A DNA stretch of 64,000 bases from an uncultured Acidimicrobiia bacterium (GTDB lineage Bacteria; Acidobacteriota; Terriglobia; Versatilivoradales; Versatilivoraceae), in the NCBI GenBank assembly GCA_963786955.1, contig CAWBAT010000004.1, forward strand, positions 192,001-256,000. The letters are read 5' to 3'. A program made the position numbers and the translations under genes. The notes under the pieces are model-generated. The model was not told the origin of the DNA and searched no databases. It was given only the letters and a program-made list of their open reading frames with translations. Shown piece by piece: positions 55,277 through 64,000 of this stretch. Numbering within the stretch: the first letter of the stretch is position 1; every line of letters starts with the position of its first letter.

Positions 55277-56164
55277 TTACCCCAAGCCAATTTCTCGCAA
55301 ATAGGCCCGAGTCCTTTTCGCGATCGGTAAGGGTTTGTCGAAGGGAGCGGGAAACATATCTTGTTCTACGGTTGCCCACCCCTGGTAGTTGATGTCACGA
55401 AGCACATCGCGAAAGGCCAAAAAGTCCACGGCACCTTTCGAGGGCTCGCAGAACATGTCAATCGCGACGGCTTTCGCAAAGGGGATCTTCTCCGCCTCCA
55501 CCTTCTTCTGAATGTTGCGGTCGACACTCTTCAGATGTAAATAGCTTATCCGGTGGTGATACTGCCGCATCAATTGGACTGGATCCCCGCCACGGTAGGC
55601 GTGGTGGCCGGTATCTAAACAGAGCGAGACCAACTCAGGGTCTGTTTTTTCGAGAAAATGAATAATTTGTTCAGTGGTCTCAATGTGGGTCTCCGCATGG
55701 GGATGAAAAACTAGCTGCAATCCAAATCGCTCTTTCGCCAGGCGGGCCACACGATGAGTTGTATCGACCAGACGCTGCCAGCCCGATTCATCCAGTGTGG
55801 AAGGTGCCGTGGGCTCGCCCGTGAACAGATTCGTATAGACATCATCGATCAACACCAAATAGCGGGCGCCGAGATTGGACAACTGCTCACCGGCACCAAG
55901 AACTTGTCTTTCCAATTCCGGCCAGGCCGACGGATCTTCAAGGCTGGCCATCGCAAATGTCCCGGTGACTTTGAGTTTCCGGCGGTTCAGTTCCTTTTGA
56001 AGCGTGGGGACGTCTGCGGGCAGGTATCCATACGGACCCAATTCCGTCCATTCGTATCCAGCCTCAACCACTTCATCGAGGTACCGGTGCCAAGGGGTCT
56101 GCCGAGCGTCACTCGGGAACCATACTCCCCACGAATCCGGAGCAATGCCAATTTTGATATCCAT
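55277..56164 (-). CDS. iolE: IolE-like inosose dehydratase (AP endonuclease 2 TIM barrel)
   Basis: APDSWGVW, ELGPYG, HPHAETHIE, LDTGH, VEQD; adjacent to iolD. Confidence 0.75.
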   Translation of the reverse strand: MDIKIGIAPDSWGVWFPSDARQTPWHRYLDEVVEAGYEWTELGPYGYLPADVPTLQKELNRRKLKVTGTFAMASLEDPSAWPELERQVLGAGEQLSNLGARYLVLIDDVYTNLFTGEPTAPSTLDESGWQRLVDTTHRVARLAKERFGLQLVFHPHAETHIETTEQIIHFLEKTDPELVSLCLDTGHHAYRGGDPVQLMRQYHHRISYLHLKSVDRNIQKKVEAEKIPFAKAVAIDMFCEPSKGAVDFLAFRDVLRDINYQGWATVEQDMFPAPFDKPLPIAKRTRAYLREIGLG

Positions 56165-56199
56165 AGTTTCTCTCCTTGAGATGACGATCCCGCTAGGAA

Positions 56200-58092
56200 T
56201 CAATAGTGAAATCGTTGCAGTTTCTGGCGGCCTTTTTCATACTCCGCCCTCAGTTTCTGAGTGGCCGCATCTTGGGAGACTTCTGCGGCCGCCACATCCC
56301 ACCAGACCTCTGAGGATGGAAGGAAGCGGTATTTTTCAGTCTCCACCACAATGACGCAGGATCGGGTCTCGGCACGGGCATCGCGAAGCGCTTGTTTGAG
56401 TTCGGCAGGGGTCTTCACATGCCACGCGCGCGCGCCCATGCTCTCCGCGTTCTTGGCGAAATCAATAGAGACGAAATCTCCCTCCAAACGATTGGTATGC
56501 GAGTCCCGTGACCGGAACTCATTTCCGAAACTATGCCCGGCACGTCCCAACTGCAATTGCCGGATGCACTGGTAACCGTGGTTCTCCGATAAAACCACCG
56601 TGATCTTGAGCCTCTCCTGCATGGCGGTCACCAGTTCGGTCGGATTCATGAGGTAGGTCCCATCACCAATGAAGACATAGACCTCGCCGCTTTTTTGACT
56701 CATCCTGACCCCGAGAGCGGCCGGTATTTCATAGGCCATACAAGAAAAGCCAAACTCCAAATGGCAGTTTCGGCCTTGAGTGGCGTCCCAAATCTTGAGC
56801 AGGTCACCCGGCGGGCTGCCAGCGGCAGCCACCACCGTGTCGCCCGGATGCGCTTCCTCATTGAAAACTCCAATCAGTTGGCCCTGACTCATCGCTTCCC
56901 CAGAAACCTGTTGATAGACTTCAATCCGCAACCGCTTTTCCCACTCTGCTTTGAGCCCTCCAAACCGTTCCAAATACTTAGGATTCGGCTTTATCCCTGC
57001 TTCCTCCGCCGCTTTGGATAGCAAGCGAAGCCCTTCGCGCGCGTCGGCCAGTACAGGCAGGGCGCCTTGCTTATAGGCGTCATGCCCCGAGACGTTGATG
57101 TGGATGAATTTTACATTGGGGTTCTGAAAGGCCGACTGTGACCCGGTAGTGAAATCGGTTAGCCGCGTTCCCACGCAGATAATCAGATCGGCCTCGCTTA
57201 CAATTTTCCCGGAAACCGGGTTACCCGTCACCCCTTGGGCTCCGAAGAGCACCGGGGACGCATTCTTAATGGCGCCTTTGCCCGCAAATGTCTCGACCAC
57301 CGGGATACCAAGCTTTTCGGCGAATCGTTGCAAGTCATCCCAAGCTTCCGAGTAATGGACCCCGCCACCGGCGATAATCACCGGGGCTCGAGATTCTTTC
57401 AGTAAACCTATTGCCTCATGAATCCGCTGTGGGGACGGCAACCGCCGTTCAATCCGCCACATTCGCTTCTCGAAGAAATGGCGGGGATAATCGTAGGCAT
57501 GAGCTTGCACATCTTGCGGCAAGCACACCGTCACAGCCCCCGTCTCGGCAGGATCTGTGAGCACTCGCATGGCCTCGGGCAAAGCCGTCAGGAGTTGTTC
57601 AGGACGGGAGATACGATCAAAAAAACGACTGACCGGGCGGAAACAATCGTTGACACTGATATCCGACGATATCGGGTGCTCCAATTGCTGCAAAACGGGG
57701 CCTTGATGACGAGTGACATAGTAGTCTGAAGGCAAAAGCAGCACCGGCAACCGGTTGATCGTAGCCGTTGCGGCCCCGGTAACCATGTTGGTGGAGCCTG
57801 GACCGATCGAGGAGCAACAGGCCAAAGTGGAGAGCCGGAGATTGGCCTTGGCGTAACCTATAGCAGTGTGAACCATGGACTGCTCGTTGCAAGGCTGGTA
57901 GTAGGGCAGGTCCTGTCCATATTCGTAGAGTGCCTGTCCTATCCCGGCTACGTTTCCGTGGCCAAAAATTCCGAAAAGAGCAGGAATCAGCCGTCGTGAC
58001 TTGTCATCCCGTTCACTGAACTGGACCTGCAAATACTTCACGACTGCCTGTGCAACGGTGAGGCGAAGAGGTTCATTTTCCATTCGAGCCAT
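56200..58092 (-). CDS. iolD: ThDP-dependent trihydroxycyclohexanedione acylhydrolase
   Basis: IFGHGNVAG, NEQSM, SIGPG, LQQLE, CMAYE, GDG, WWDV. Confidence 0.96.
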   Translation of the reverse strand: MARMENEPLRLTVAQAVVKYLQVQFSERDDKSRRLIPALFGIFGHGNVAGIGQALYEYGQDLPYYQPCNEQSMVHTAIGYAKANLRLSTLACCSSIGPGSTNMVTGAATATINRLPVLLLPSDYYVTRHQGPVLQQLEHPISSDISVNDCFRPVSRFFDRISRPEQLLTALPEAMRVLTDPAETGAVTVCLPQDVQAHAYDYPRHFFEKRMWRIERRLPSPQRIHEAIGLLKESRAPVIIAGGGVHYSEAWDDLQRFAEKLGIPVVETFAGKGAIKNASPVLFGAQGVTGNPVSGKIVSEADLIICVGTRLTDFTTGSQSAFQNPNVKFIHINVSGHDAYKQGALPVLADAREGLRLLSKAAEEAGIKPNPKYLERFGGLKAEWEKRLRIEVYQQVSGEAMSQGQLIGVFNEEAHPGDTVVAAAGSPPGDLLKIWDATQGRNCHLEFGFSCMAYEIPAALGVRMSQKSGEVYVFIGDGTYLMNPTELVTAMQERLKITVVLSENHGYQCIRQLQLGRAGHSFGNEFRSRDSHTNRLEGDFVSIDFAKNAESMGARAWHVKTPAELKQALRDARAETRSCVIVVETEKYRFLPSSEVWWDVAAAEVSQDAATQKLRAEYEKGRQKLQRFHY

Positions 58093-58389
58093 GTTTTATA
58101 TCCTTTCCTGTCTTTCTAGTTCATGCCCGCATCCACTGCCGGCAATCTTCTGCAGACACTCATCTTATTTTCGGGGGACCCTTGCATTCTTTGTAGTCTA
58201 AGTACTGCGTTTCAGAAACTCGATGGCGTTAACACCGGGGCGGTAACCCGGCGTTGGAGTTTGGACATTTGCACAAGATTGTAGTCCCGGCTTTAGCCGG
58301 TCCGGAACATCACCGCCTGAAGGCGGTACTACAAACTTGCGGCCTGAAAGGCCGCCACTGCAGGCGAGTCGCCTGCGCTTCATCAGTCA

Positions 58390-59820
58390 TTAGTCGTCCA
58401 GCCCATGAAAGACCACGGTCTTCAATTCGGTCATTTCTTCTATGGCGTAACGGCAACCTTCTTTCCCGATGCCGCTTTGCTTGAACCCTCCGTAGGGCAT
58501 GAGGTCTGCCCGCCATAGAGGTGTCCAGTTGATCATCACGTTTCCGGTATGAACAGATCGAGCAAATTTCAGGGCATTCTGGATGTCTCGGGTAAAGATC
58601 CCTGCCGAGAGTCCATAGCGACTGGAATTAGCTAGAGAAATCGCCTCATCGATATTTTCCACGGGAGTGACTCCAACGGCAGGACCAAAGAGCTCATCGG
58701 AAAAAATCCGCATCTGGGGCTTCACATCCGCGACCACCGTCGGGGCAAAGAGAGCTCCTTGTCGATCGCCACCCGTGATCAACCGGGCTCCGTCCTCAAC
58801 GGCTTCATGAATCCAATCGCCGACGCGGTTTGCTTCCTTCGCGGAAATCATGGAGCTCAGCCGTGTATCATCAGCCATGGGGTCACCCACCTTGATCCGG
58901 TTAACGGCTCCTTTCAGCGCATCCAGGAATTCTGCATAAATCTTTCGGTGAGCCAGAACCCTTTGGGTGGAGATACACACTTGCCCCGCATTAACGAAAC
59001 CACCCACGGCGGTGGCTTCGGCTACTTTTGCCAGATCAGCGTCAGGGAGTATGACTAGAGCAGAATTCGAACCGAGTTCCAAAGAGACTTTTTTAATTCC
59101 GGCAACACGGGTGATCGCTTCTCCAACGACAGTACTCCCGGTAAAGGTGATTTTACGCACCCGGGAGTCCGCACACAATGCCGCTCCCATTCTTTCTCCA
59201 GAACCGGTAATGCACTGCAGTGCATTACCGGGCAAACCGGCTTCGTTCAGAAGTTTGGAAAATTTTAAAGCAGTAAGCGGAGTCTGGCGAGCGGGCTTTA
59301 GGATGACAGCGTTCCCGGATGCAAGCGCTGGACCCACCTTATGAGCCACCAGCAAAAGAGGATAATTGAACGGGGTAATCGCAACGATCACTCCACAGGG
59401 AACCCGCAGAGCAAACCCCATCTTCCCTTTGACTCCTTGTTGGGCATCCAACGGCAGCGTTTCGCCCCGGAGTTGAGCCCCTTCAAAAGCACATAAGCGC
59501 AACAAATCCGGAATCCGGCTGGCCTCACCCCGGGATTCGCTCAGCGGCTTCCCCTCTTCGAGACTGATGGTGCGCGCCAGATCTTCCACGTTTGCAGCCA
59601 CTAAGTCGGCTCCGCGCATCAAAATTTGCTGGCGCTCATAGGCCGTCAAGAGGGCCATGGCGCTACCGGCTTTCTCAGCCGCACTTAAGGCTTGTTCGAT
59701 CTGGATCCCGGTCGCTTCGGGGACCGTATCGATCACCTCGCCGGAATACGGCGAAACCACATCAACCATGGTGGGAGAATCTGTCCACTGACCATTCACA
59801 TACATCATCATGGGTGTCAA
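58390..59820 (-). CDS. Aldehyde dehydrogenase
   Basis: ITPFNYP, FTGS, LELGSN, GQVCIS, ELFGP. Confidence 0.95.
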   Translation of the reverse strand: MTPMMMYVNGQWTDSPTMVDVVSPYSGEVIDTVPEATGIQIEQALSAAEKAGSAMALLTAYERQQILMRGADLVAANVEDLARTISLEEGKPLSESRGEASRIPDLLRLCAFEGAQLRGETLPLDAQQGVKGKMGFALRVPCGVIVAITPFNYPLLLVAHKVGPALASGNAVILKPARQTPLTALKFSKLLNEAGLPGNALQCITGSGERMGAALCADSRVRKITFTGSTVVGEAITRVAGIKKVSLELGSNSALVILPDADLAKVAEATAVGGFVNAGQVCISTQRVLAHRKIYAEFLDALKGAVNRIKVGDPMADDTRLSSMISAKEANRVGDWIHEAVEDGARLITGGDRQGALFAPTVVADVKPQMRIFSDELFGPAVGVTPVENIDEAISLANSSRYGLSAGIFTRDIQNALKFARSVHTGNVMINWTPLWRADLMPYGGFKQSGIGKEGCRYAIEEMTELKTVVFHGLDD

Positions 59821-60111
59821 ACTCCTTACTTTCGAAAGGCGGTCCGTATCGGGGCGGTTTCACTTACGAGGTCGAATTTCAATTGAAAAAATGACAATCC
59901 CTTTGTCCTTTAGACCGCGATAGTCTGGCATGACAACGCGCCCAATGTCCAGCTTCGTTGGACTCCATAAGCTGTTCCCCAGGAAATGGGTCTGGTGTAG
60001 ACTGTATTTTGCTGGCGCTGATCTCAAATGACCTCAGGTGAATTTCAACTTGAAGCCCCATCGAGACGCCTTTCAACTCGCCGGCAAATCTACTGAAATT
60101 AGGAATAAGCG

Positions 60112-61566
60112 ATGAAGCAACCCGAGATTTTGAAGAACTACATCGATGGAGCTTGGACGGCATCGAAAACTGTGGAATGTTTGAATGTTTGCAATCCGGC
60201 AACCTCAGAAATTCTCTCTCGGGTTCCACTCTCACTCTCCGGTGATGTCGATACCGCTGTCCGTGCGGCTTTGGAGGCATTTCAGAGCTGGCGAAGGACA
60301 CCTGCGGTCGAGAGAGTTCAGTATCTTTTTAAATTGAGGGGATTGGTCGAAGAACATTCCATTGCAATTGCTCAAACTATTACGCAGGAATGCGGGAAGA
60401 CTCTTCTTGAAGCCCAAGGCGAACTGCGCCGAGGCATCGAGAATATCGAAGTGGCGACAGGGATTCCGTCGCTCATGATGGGGTGTAATCTGGAGGATGT
60501 CAGTCGCGGTATTGATGAATTCATGATTCGTCAACCACTGGGAGTCGTTGCGGCGATTCCACCGTTTAATTTTCCTGCCATGATTCCTTTATGGTTTCTC
60601 CCATACGCCATCGCTTGCGGCAATACGATTGTGCTCAAACCGTCGGAAAAGGTTCCGATGACGATGAGCCTGATCTTCCAATTGATCGACCAGATTGGCT
60701 TACCACGGGGTGTGGCCAACTTGGTGCATGGAAGCAAGGAGGTCACAGAACGCCTCATCGATCACCCGGATGTTCGGGCCATCTCCTTTGTCGGATCATC
60801 CCCTGTGGCCAAGGCGGTCTACGCCCGTGCCGCCGCCAAAGGGAAACGAGTCCAATGCCAAGGGGGCGCCAAGAATATGGCCATTGTGCTTCCGGATGCA
60901 GACATGGAGATGACCACCAAAGTATTGGCTGAATCCGCCTTTGGCTGCGCCGGGCAACGTTGTCTGGCCACTTCAGTGGCTCTCACGGTAGGAGAAGCCC
61001 GGAAAGCTTTCACAGAGCAAATTGTCGATATGGCCGCTGCATTGAAAGTCGGGTATGGCCTCGAATCCGGAGTGGAGATGGGTCCCGTAATCTCGGCGTT
61101 GAGTAAAAATCGGGTTCAGAAGTTAATTGCGGAAGGCAGGTCTGAATATGGCGAGATTCTGTTGGACGGACGAGAACCCACCATTCCTGGTTACGAACGA
61201 GGAAGTTTTATCCGTCCCACGATTGTGAATCAGGTCAATCTTTCCGGAGCACTTGCACAAAGCGAAATTTTCGGCCCGGTCCTTGCATTGTCTCATGCGG
61301 ATTCGATTGAGGAAGCCATTCGACAAGCCAACGCCTCCGTCTTTGGCAACATGGCCTGTATCTTCACGCGCGATGGCCACGCGGCTCGCAAATTTCGAAA
61401 TGAAGTGGAAGCCGGAAATGTTGGGATCAATGTAGGAGTTGCCGCGCCGATGGCCTTTTTCCCATTTTCCGGCTGGAAAGAGAGCTTTTTTGGCGATCTG
61501 CACGCCCAAGGTCGAGATGCGATTGATTTCTACACAGATAAGAAAATCGTGATTGAACGCTGGTAA
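60112..61566 (+). CDS. iolA: CoA-acylating methylmalonate-semialdehyde dehydrogenase
   Basis: PFNFPAMIPLW, SFVGS, GGAKN, GQRCLA, SFFGDLH. Confidence 0.93.
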   Translation: MKQPEILKNYIDGAWTASKTVECLNVCNPATSEILSRVPLSLSGDVDTAVRAALEAFQSWRRTPAVERVQYLFKLRGLVEEHSIAIAQTITQECGKTLLEAQGELRRGIENIEVATGIPSLMMGCNLEDVSRGIDEFMIRQPLGVVAAIPPFNFPAMIPLWFLPYAIACGNTIVLKPSEKVPMTMSLIFQLIDQIGLPRGVANLVHGSKEVTERLIDHPDVRAISFVGSSPVAKAVYARAAAKGKRVQCQGGAKNMAIVLPDADMEMTTKVLAESAFGCAGQRCLATSVALTVGEARKAFTEQIVDMAAALKVGYGLESGVEMGPVISALSKNRVQKLIAEGRSEYGEILLDGREPTIPGYERGSFIRPTIVNQVNLSGALAQSEIFGPVLALSHADSIEEAIRQANASVFGNMACIFTRDGHAARKFRNEVEAGNVGINVGVAAPMAFFPFSGWKESFFGDLHAQGRDAIDFYTDKKIVIERW

Positions 61567-61592
61567 GGCTCAACCGAGTACATCAATCCTTA

Positions 61593-63497
61593 TTAGAGCA
61601 AAATCCGAACATCCCCCGCCCGACGGGTAATTCTTTCCCGATCCAGATATTCCAAGAGCGGGATGGCATATTTTCTTGAAACGTCGGTGAGTTCTTTGAA
61701 CTTCCCCACGTCGATCCGGTCGGATGTTTTCTTGTAATTGGCCAAGATTTCTTTCAGCTGATGGATCGCATCGGCGTGAAAAACAAGGCTTTCTGAAATC
61801 TTGACCAGTCTCTTCTCCCTCGATAGCAATGCTACCAGACTGCGGGCTTGATCTTTTGGAACCGACAATCCGGAAAGGACTTCGTCCAGCTGGGGGACTT
61901 TCCAGCCCGCTTCCCGAAAGACGCGTTCGATGGTGTCTTTACTGCTCCCTTCCAATTGGTTCAGTTTAACCTGATGACCGTAAAGCCGAACCTTCTCTTG
62001 CTCCACTTGGATCTTCTTGGTTTTAAGTAGTGATTCGATGACCACTCCGGCGGCATCTGGATGGCTCCGCTTGAAAATCTGGGAGAAGAGTTGTTCTTTG
62101 GAAACCCCCAACGACAAGGGTTCCTGCTCATGATGCCGCCCCAAAGCCTGACAGACTTCATCCTCCAGTTGCCCAAATGCGTTTACATCCATCACTCCGA
62201 TGGGATCGGCGGAGAGTAAGACCAAACGCCTCTCTCGAACCAGCCGGTTAAGAATTTCCTTAACTTGAATTTTCTGGGTTAAGGTTTGAGAAAGAAGCTC
62301 TGCCTCGCCCAATCCAAGATTCTTGTTCCGCCGCGCAAGAGGCATGACCATTTCATCCAAGCGTTGCATTGCTATCGACTGTAGAAATTCCTGGGCAGCA
62401 CCCGTAAACCTTCTTGCGCGTGGAGGGTGAATATCCAGGACAGCGCCTCCTCCGAGCGTGGAGAGCGGGGAGACCCTCCGAAAAATAAAGCGGTCTCGGG
62501 GTATCCAAAGTGCTTCTTCATCCAAAGCAACCCGGGCAAACCCGTTATCCCCCGGCTTAATTTCCTTGGATGAGAGAGGAATAATCATGCCGATGATCTC
62601 GGACGTCCCATGATGCAAACGGACTTTCATCTTATTCCGGATCGGGACGGGAGAGGAGTCCAGGACCTGGATCTGAGCGTCAAACACTTTTACAGGAGTG
62701 TACCGCTTAGGTTCCGCGAGTTCCATACCCCGCCTTAACTCGTGGACTTCAACTCCGTGTAGATTGACTGCCGTTCGCTGACCTGCCACTGCCTGATTCG
62801 TTGAAGAAGCGTGGACTTGAATCCCTCGGATACGGCCTTTGATCCCGACAGGATAGATTTCGATTTCCTGGTCTTTCTGAAGAGTTCCGCTCACAAGTGT
62901 CCCGGTCACTACAGTCCCATAGCCACGAAGACTGAAGACCCGATCAATGGGTAAGCGAGGCGAATCCGATAGGGATTTTGGCGGGAGCTGATGGCAAATC
63001 GTGTAAAGGCATTCCTTCAATTCACCGATGCCAGATCCGGATCGTGAGCTGACAGAGATCATGGGAGCAGTCTCGAGAAACGACCCTTTGAGAAATGCTT
63101 GAACCTCAATTTTCACCAATTCTAACAGATCCGGTTCAACCAGATCGATCTTGGATATCACCACAACGCCCTTTGAGATCTTCAAAAGTTCGCAAATTTC
63201 CAGATGCTCCCGAGTTTGCGGCATGACAGATTCATCGGCTGCAATTACCAGGATGACCGCATCGATCCCTCCGACTCCGGCCAGCATATTCTTGATAAAT
63301 CGTTCATGGCCAGGAACATCGACAAAGCCGATTTGCAAGTCCTCATGAAGCAAAAGATTGGCAAACCCTAGATCAATCGTAATGCCTCTTTCTTTCTCCT
63401 CTTTCAGACGGTCGGGATGAACCCCTGTCATCGCCTCGATTAAGGCACTTTTTCCATGATCGATGTGGCCTGCCGTTCCCACGATGGCGTTTTTCAT
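61593..63497 (-). CDS. selB: Selenocysteine-specific elongation factor
   Basis: [41 protein letters not shown]. Confidence 0.97.
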   Translation of the reverse strand: MKNAIVGTAGHIDHGKSALIEAMTGVHPDRLKEEKERGITIDLGFANLLLHEDLQIGFVDVPGHERFIKNMLAGVGGIDAVILVIAADESVMPQTREHLEICELLKISKGVVVISKIDLVEPDLLELVKIEVQAFLKGSFLETAPMISVSSRSGSGIGELKECLYTICHQLPPKSLSDSPRLPIDRVFSLRGYGTVVTGTLVSGTLQKDQEIEIYPVGIKGRIRGIQVHASSTNQAVAGQRTAVNLHGVEVHELRRGMELAEPKRYTPVKVFDAQIQVLDSSPVPIRNKMKVRLHHGTSEIIGMIIPLSSKEIKPGDNGFARVALDEEALWIPRDRFIFRRVSPLSTLGGGAVLDIHPPRARRFTGAAQEFLQSIAMQRLDEMVMPLARRNKNLGLGEAELLSQTLTQKIQVKEILNRLVRERRLVLLSADPIGVMDVNAFGQLEDEVCQALGRHHEQEPLSLGVSKEQLFSQIFKRSHPDAAGVVIESLLKTKKIQVEQEKVRLYGHQVKLNQLEGSSKDTIERVFREAGWKVPQLDEVLSGLSVPKDQARSLVALLSREKRLVKISESLVFHADAIHQLKEILANYKKTSDRIDVGKFKELTDVSRKYAIPLLEYLDRERITRRAGDVRILL

Positions 63498-63910
63498 ATC
63501 TAATTCAGACCGCGGAACCTATAAGGACTCCCTTAGATCTAAGCACTACTTTTCATAAATACGGTGACGTTTACGACAGGTCAGTGACCCGACCCACACC
63601 TATGTAGGCTTGGGGTTTTCTCAAGAGCCCCAACCCCATGCGGCGACTATCTTAAGACACTCCCTGGTAATCATGAATGGTATTACTTAGTTCCCAATTC
63701 CTCCCATTTCTTGTATTTCATCAAATAAATTGCAAAAATTCGTATAAAAGACGTATTACACACTCCAATTGGGTTCTCAGATTTCCCGTCAACAAGGGAA
63801 GTAAGGATTGCTCTATTCTATATAAATATCTGATGATTAATAATTTAGCTAAAATTGGGCATTAGAATGGAGACGAAAACGGCACATGGAGTCATTGTGA
63901 TTTTTTTTAC

Positions 63911-63938
63911 TTGACTCCTGAATTTTTTGGATTAGAAT
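63911..63938 (+). promoter_or_regulatory. Sigma70 promoter for a gene beyond the window
   Basis: TTGACT-N16-TAGAAT after an AT-rich tract. Confidence 0.5.
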
Positions 63939-64000
63939 GGATAACAATTGGCTCAGTAAGATATAACCACTATTGAAGAGTATCTTGTGAACAAGAGCTC

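Noticed and set aside
59920-59945. Sigma54 promoter before iolA
   Set aside because: GG-to-GC spacing is 9 nt rather than 10
61593-63497. Selenoproteins near selB
   Set aside because: No convincing in-frame TGA at a Cys position and no tRNA-Sec seen in the window
1-64000. CRISPR array or cas genes
   Set aside because: Repeats are palindromic and irregularly spaced; no cas genes

Overview
Bacterial chromosomal window, probably Acidobacteriota (inferred from TIGR02999-type ECF sigma/Ser-Thr kinase pairs, PSD1/DUF1501 genes, mqnE and the REP-rich intergenic DNA). Housekeeping blocks: rpiB-zwf-rpe, mqnE, rlmN, purB-S-Q-L-F-M-N-tyrS, pyk, carD, tRNA-Val(GAC), iolE/iolD/iolA-like genes and selB. 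The accessory region (about 3-25 kb) holds a truncated DDE insertion sequence and a complete but inactivated IS110, whose left end carries readable bridge-RNA guide segments matching its own donor junction and its REP target. It also holds an internally deleted sister IS110 in a different REP class inside a Tn5/IS50-like MITE, and a tandemly duplicated ECF sigma + membrane Ser/Thr kinase module. That module shows three copies of a putative ECF promoter, a duplicated ~160-nt structured RNA leader, and a REP doublet translated in frame inside both kinase activation loops. Other signals: a leader-peptide/terminator upstream of an HNH nuclease, a 6S-like RNA, and a probable CTG start for tyrS. Several single-base frameshifts may be sequencing indels. 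All calls were made by eye, with no database searches or folding runs.
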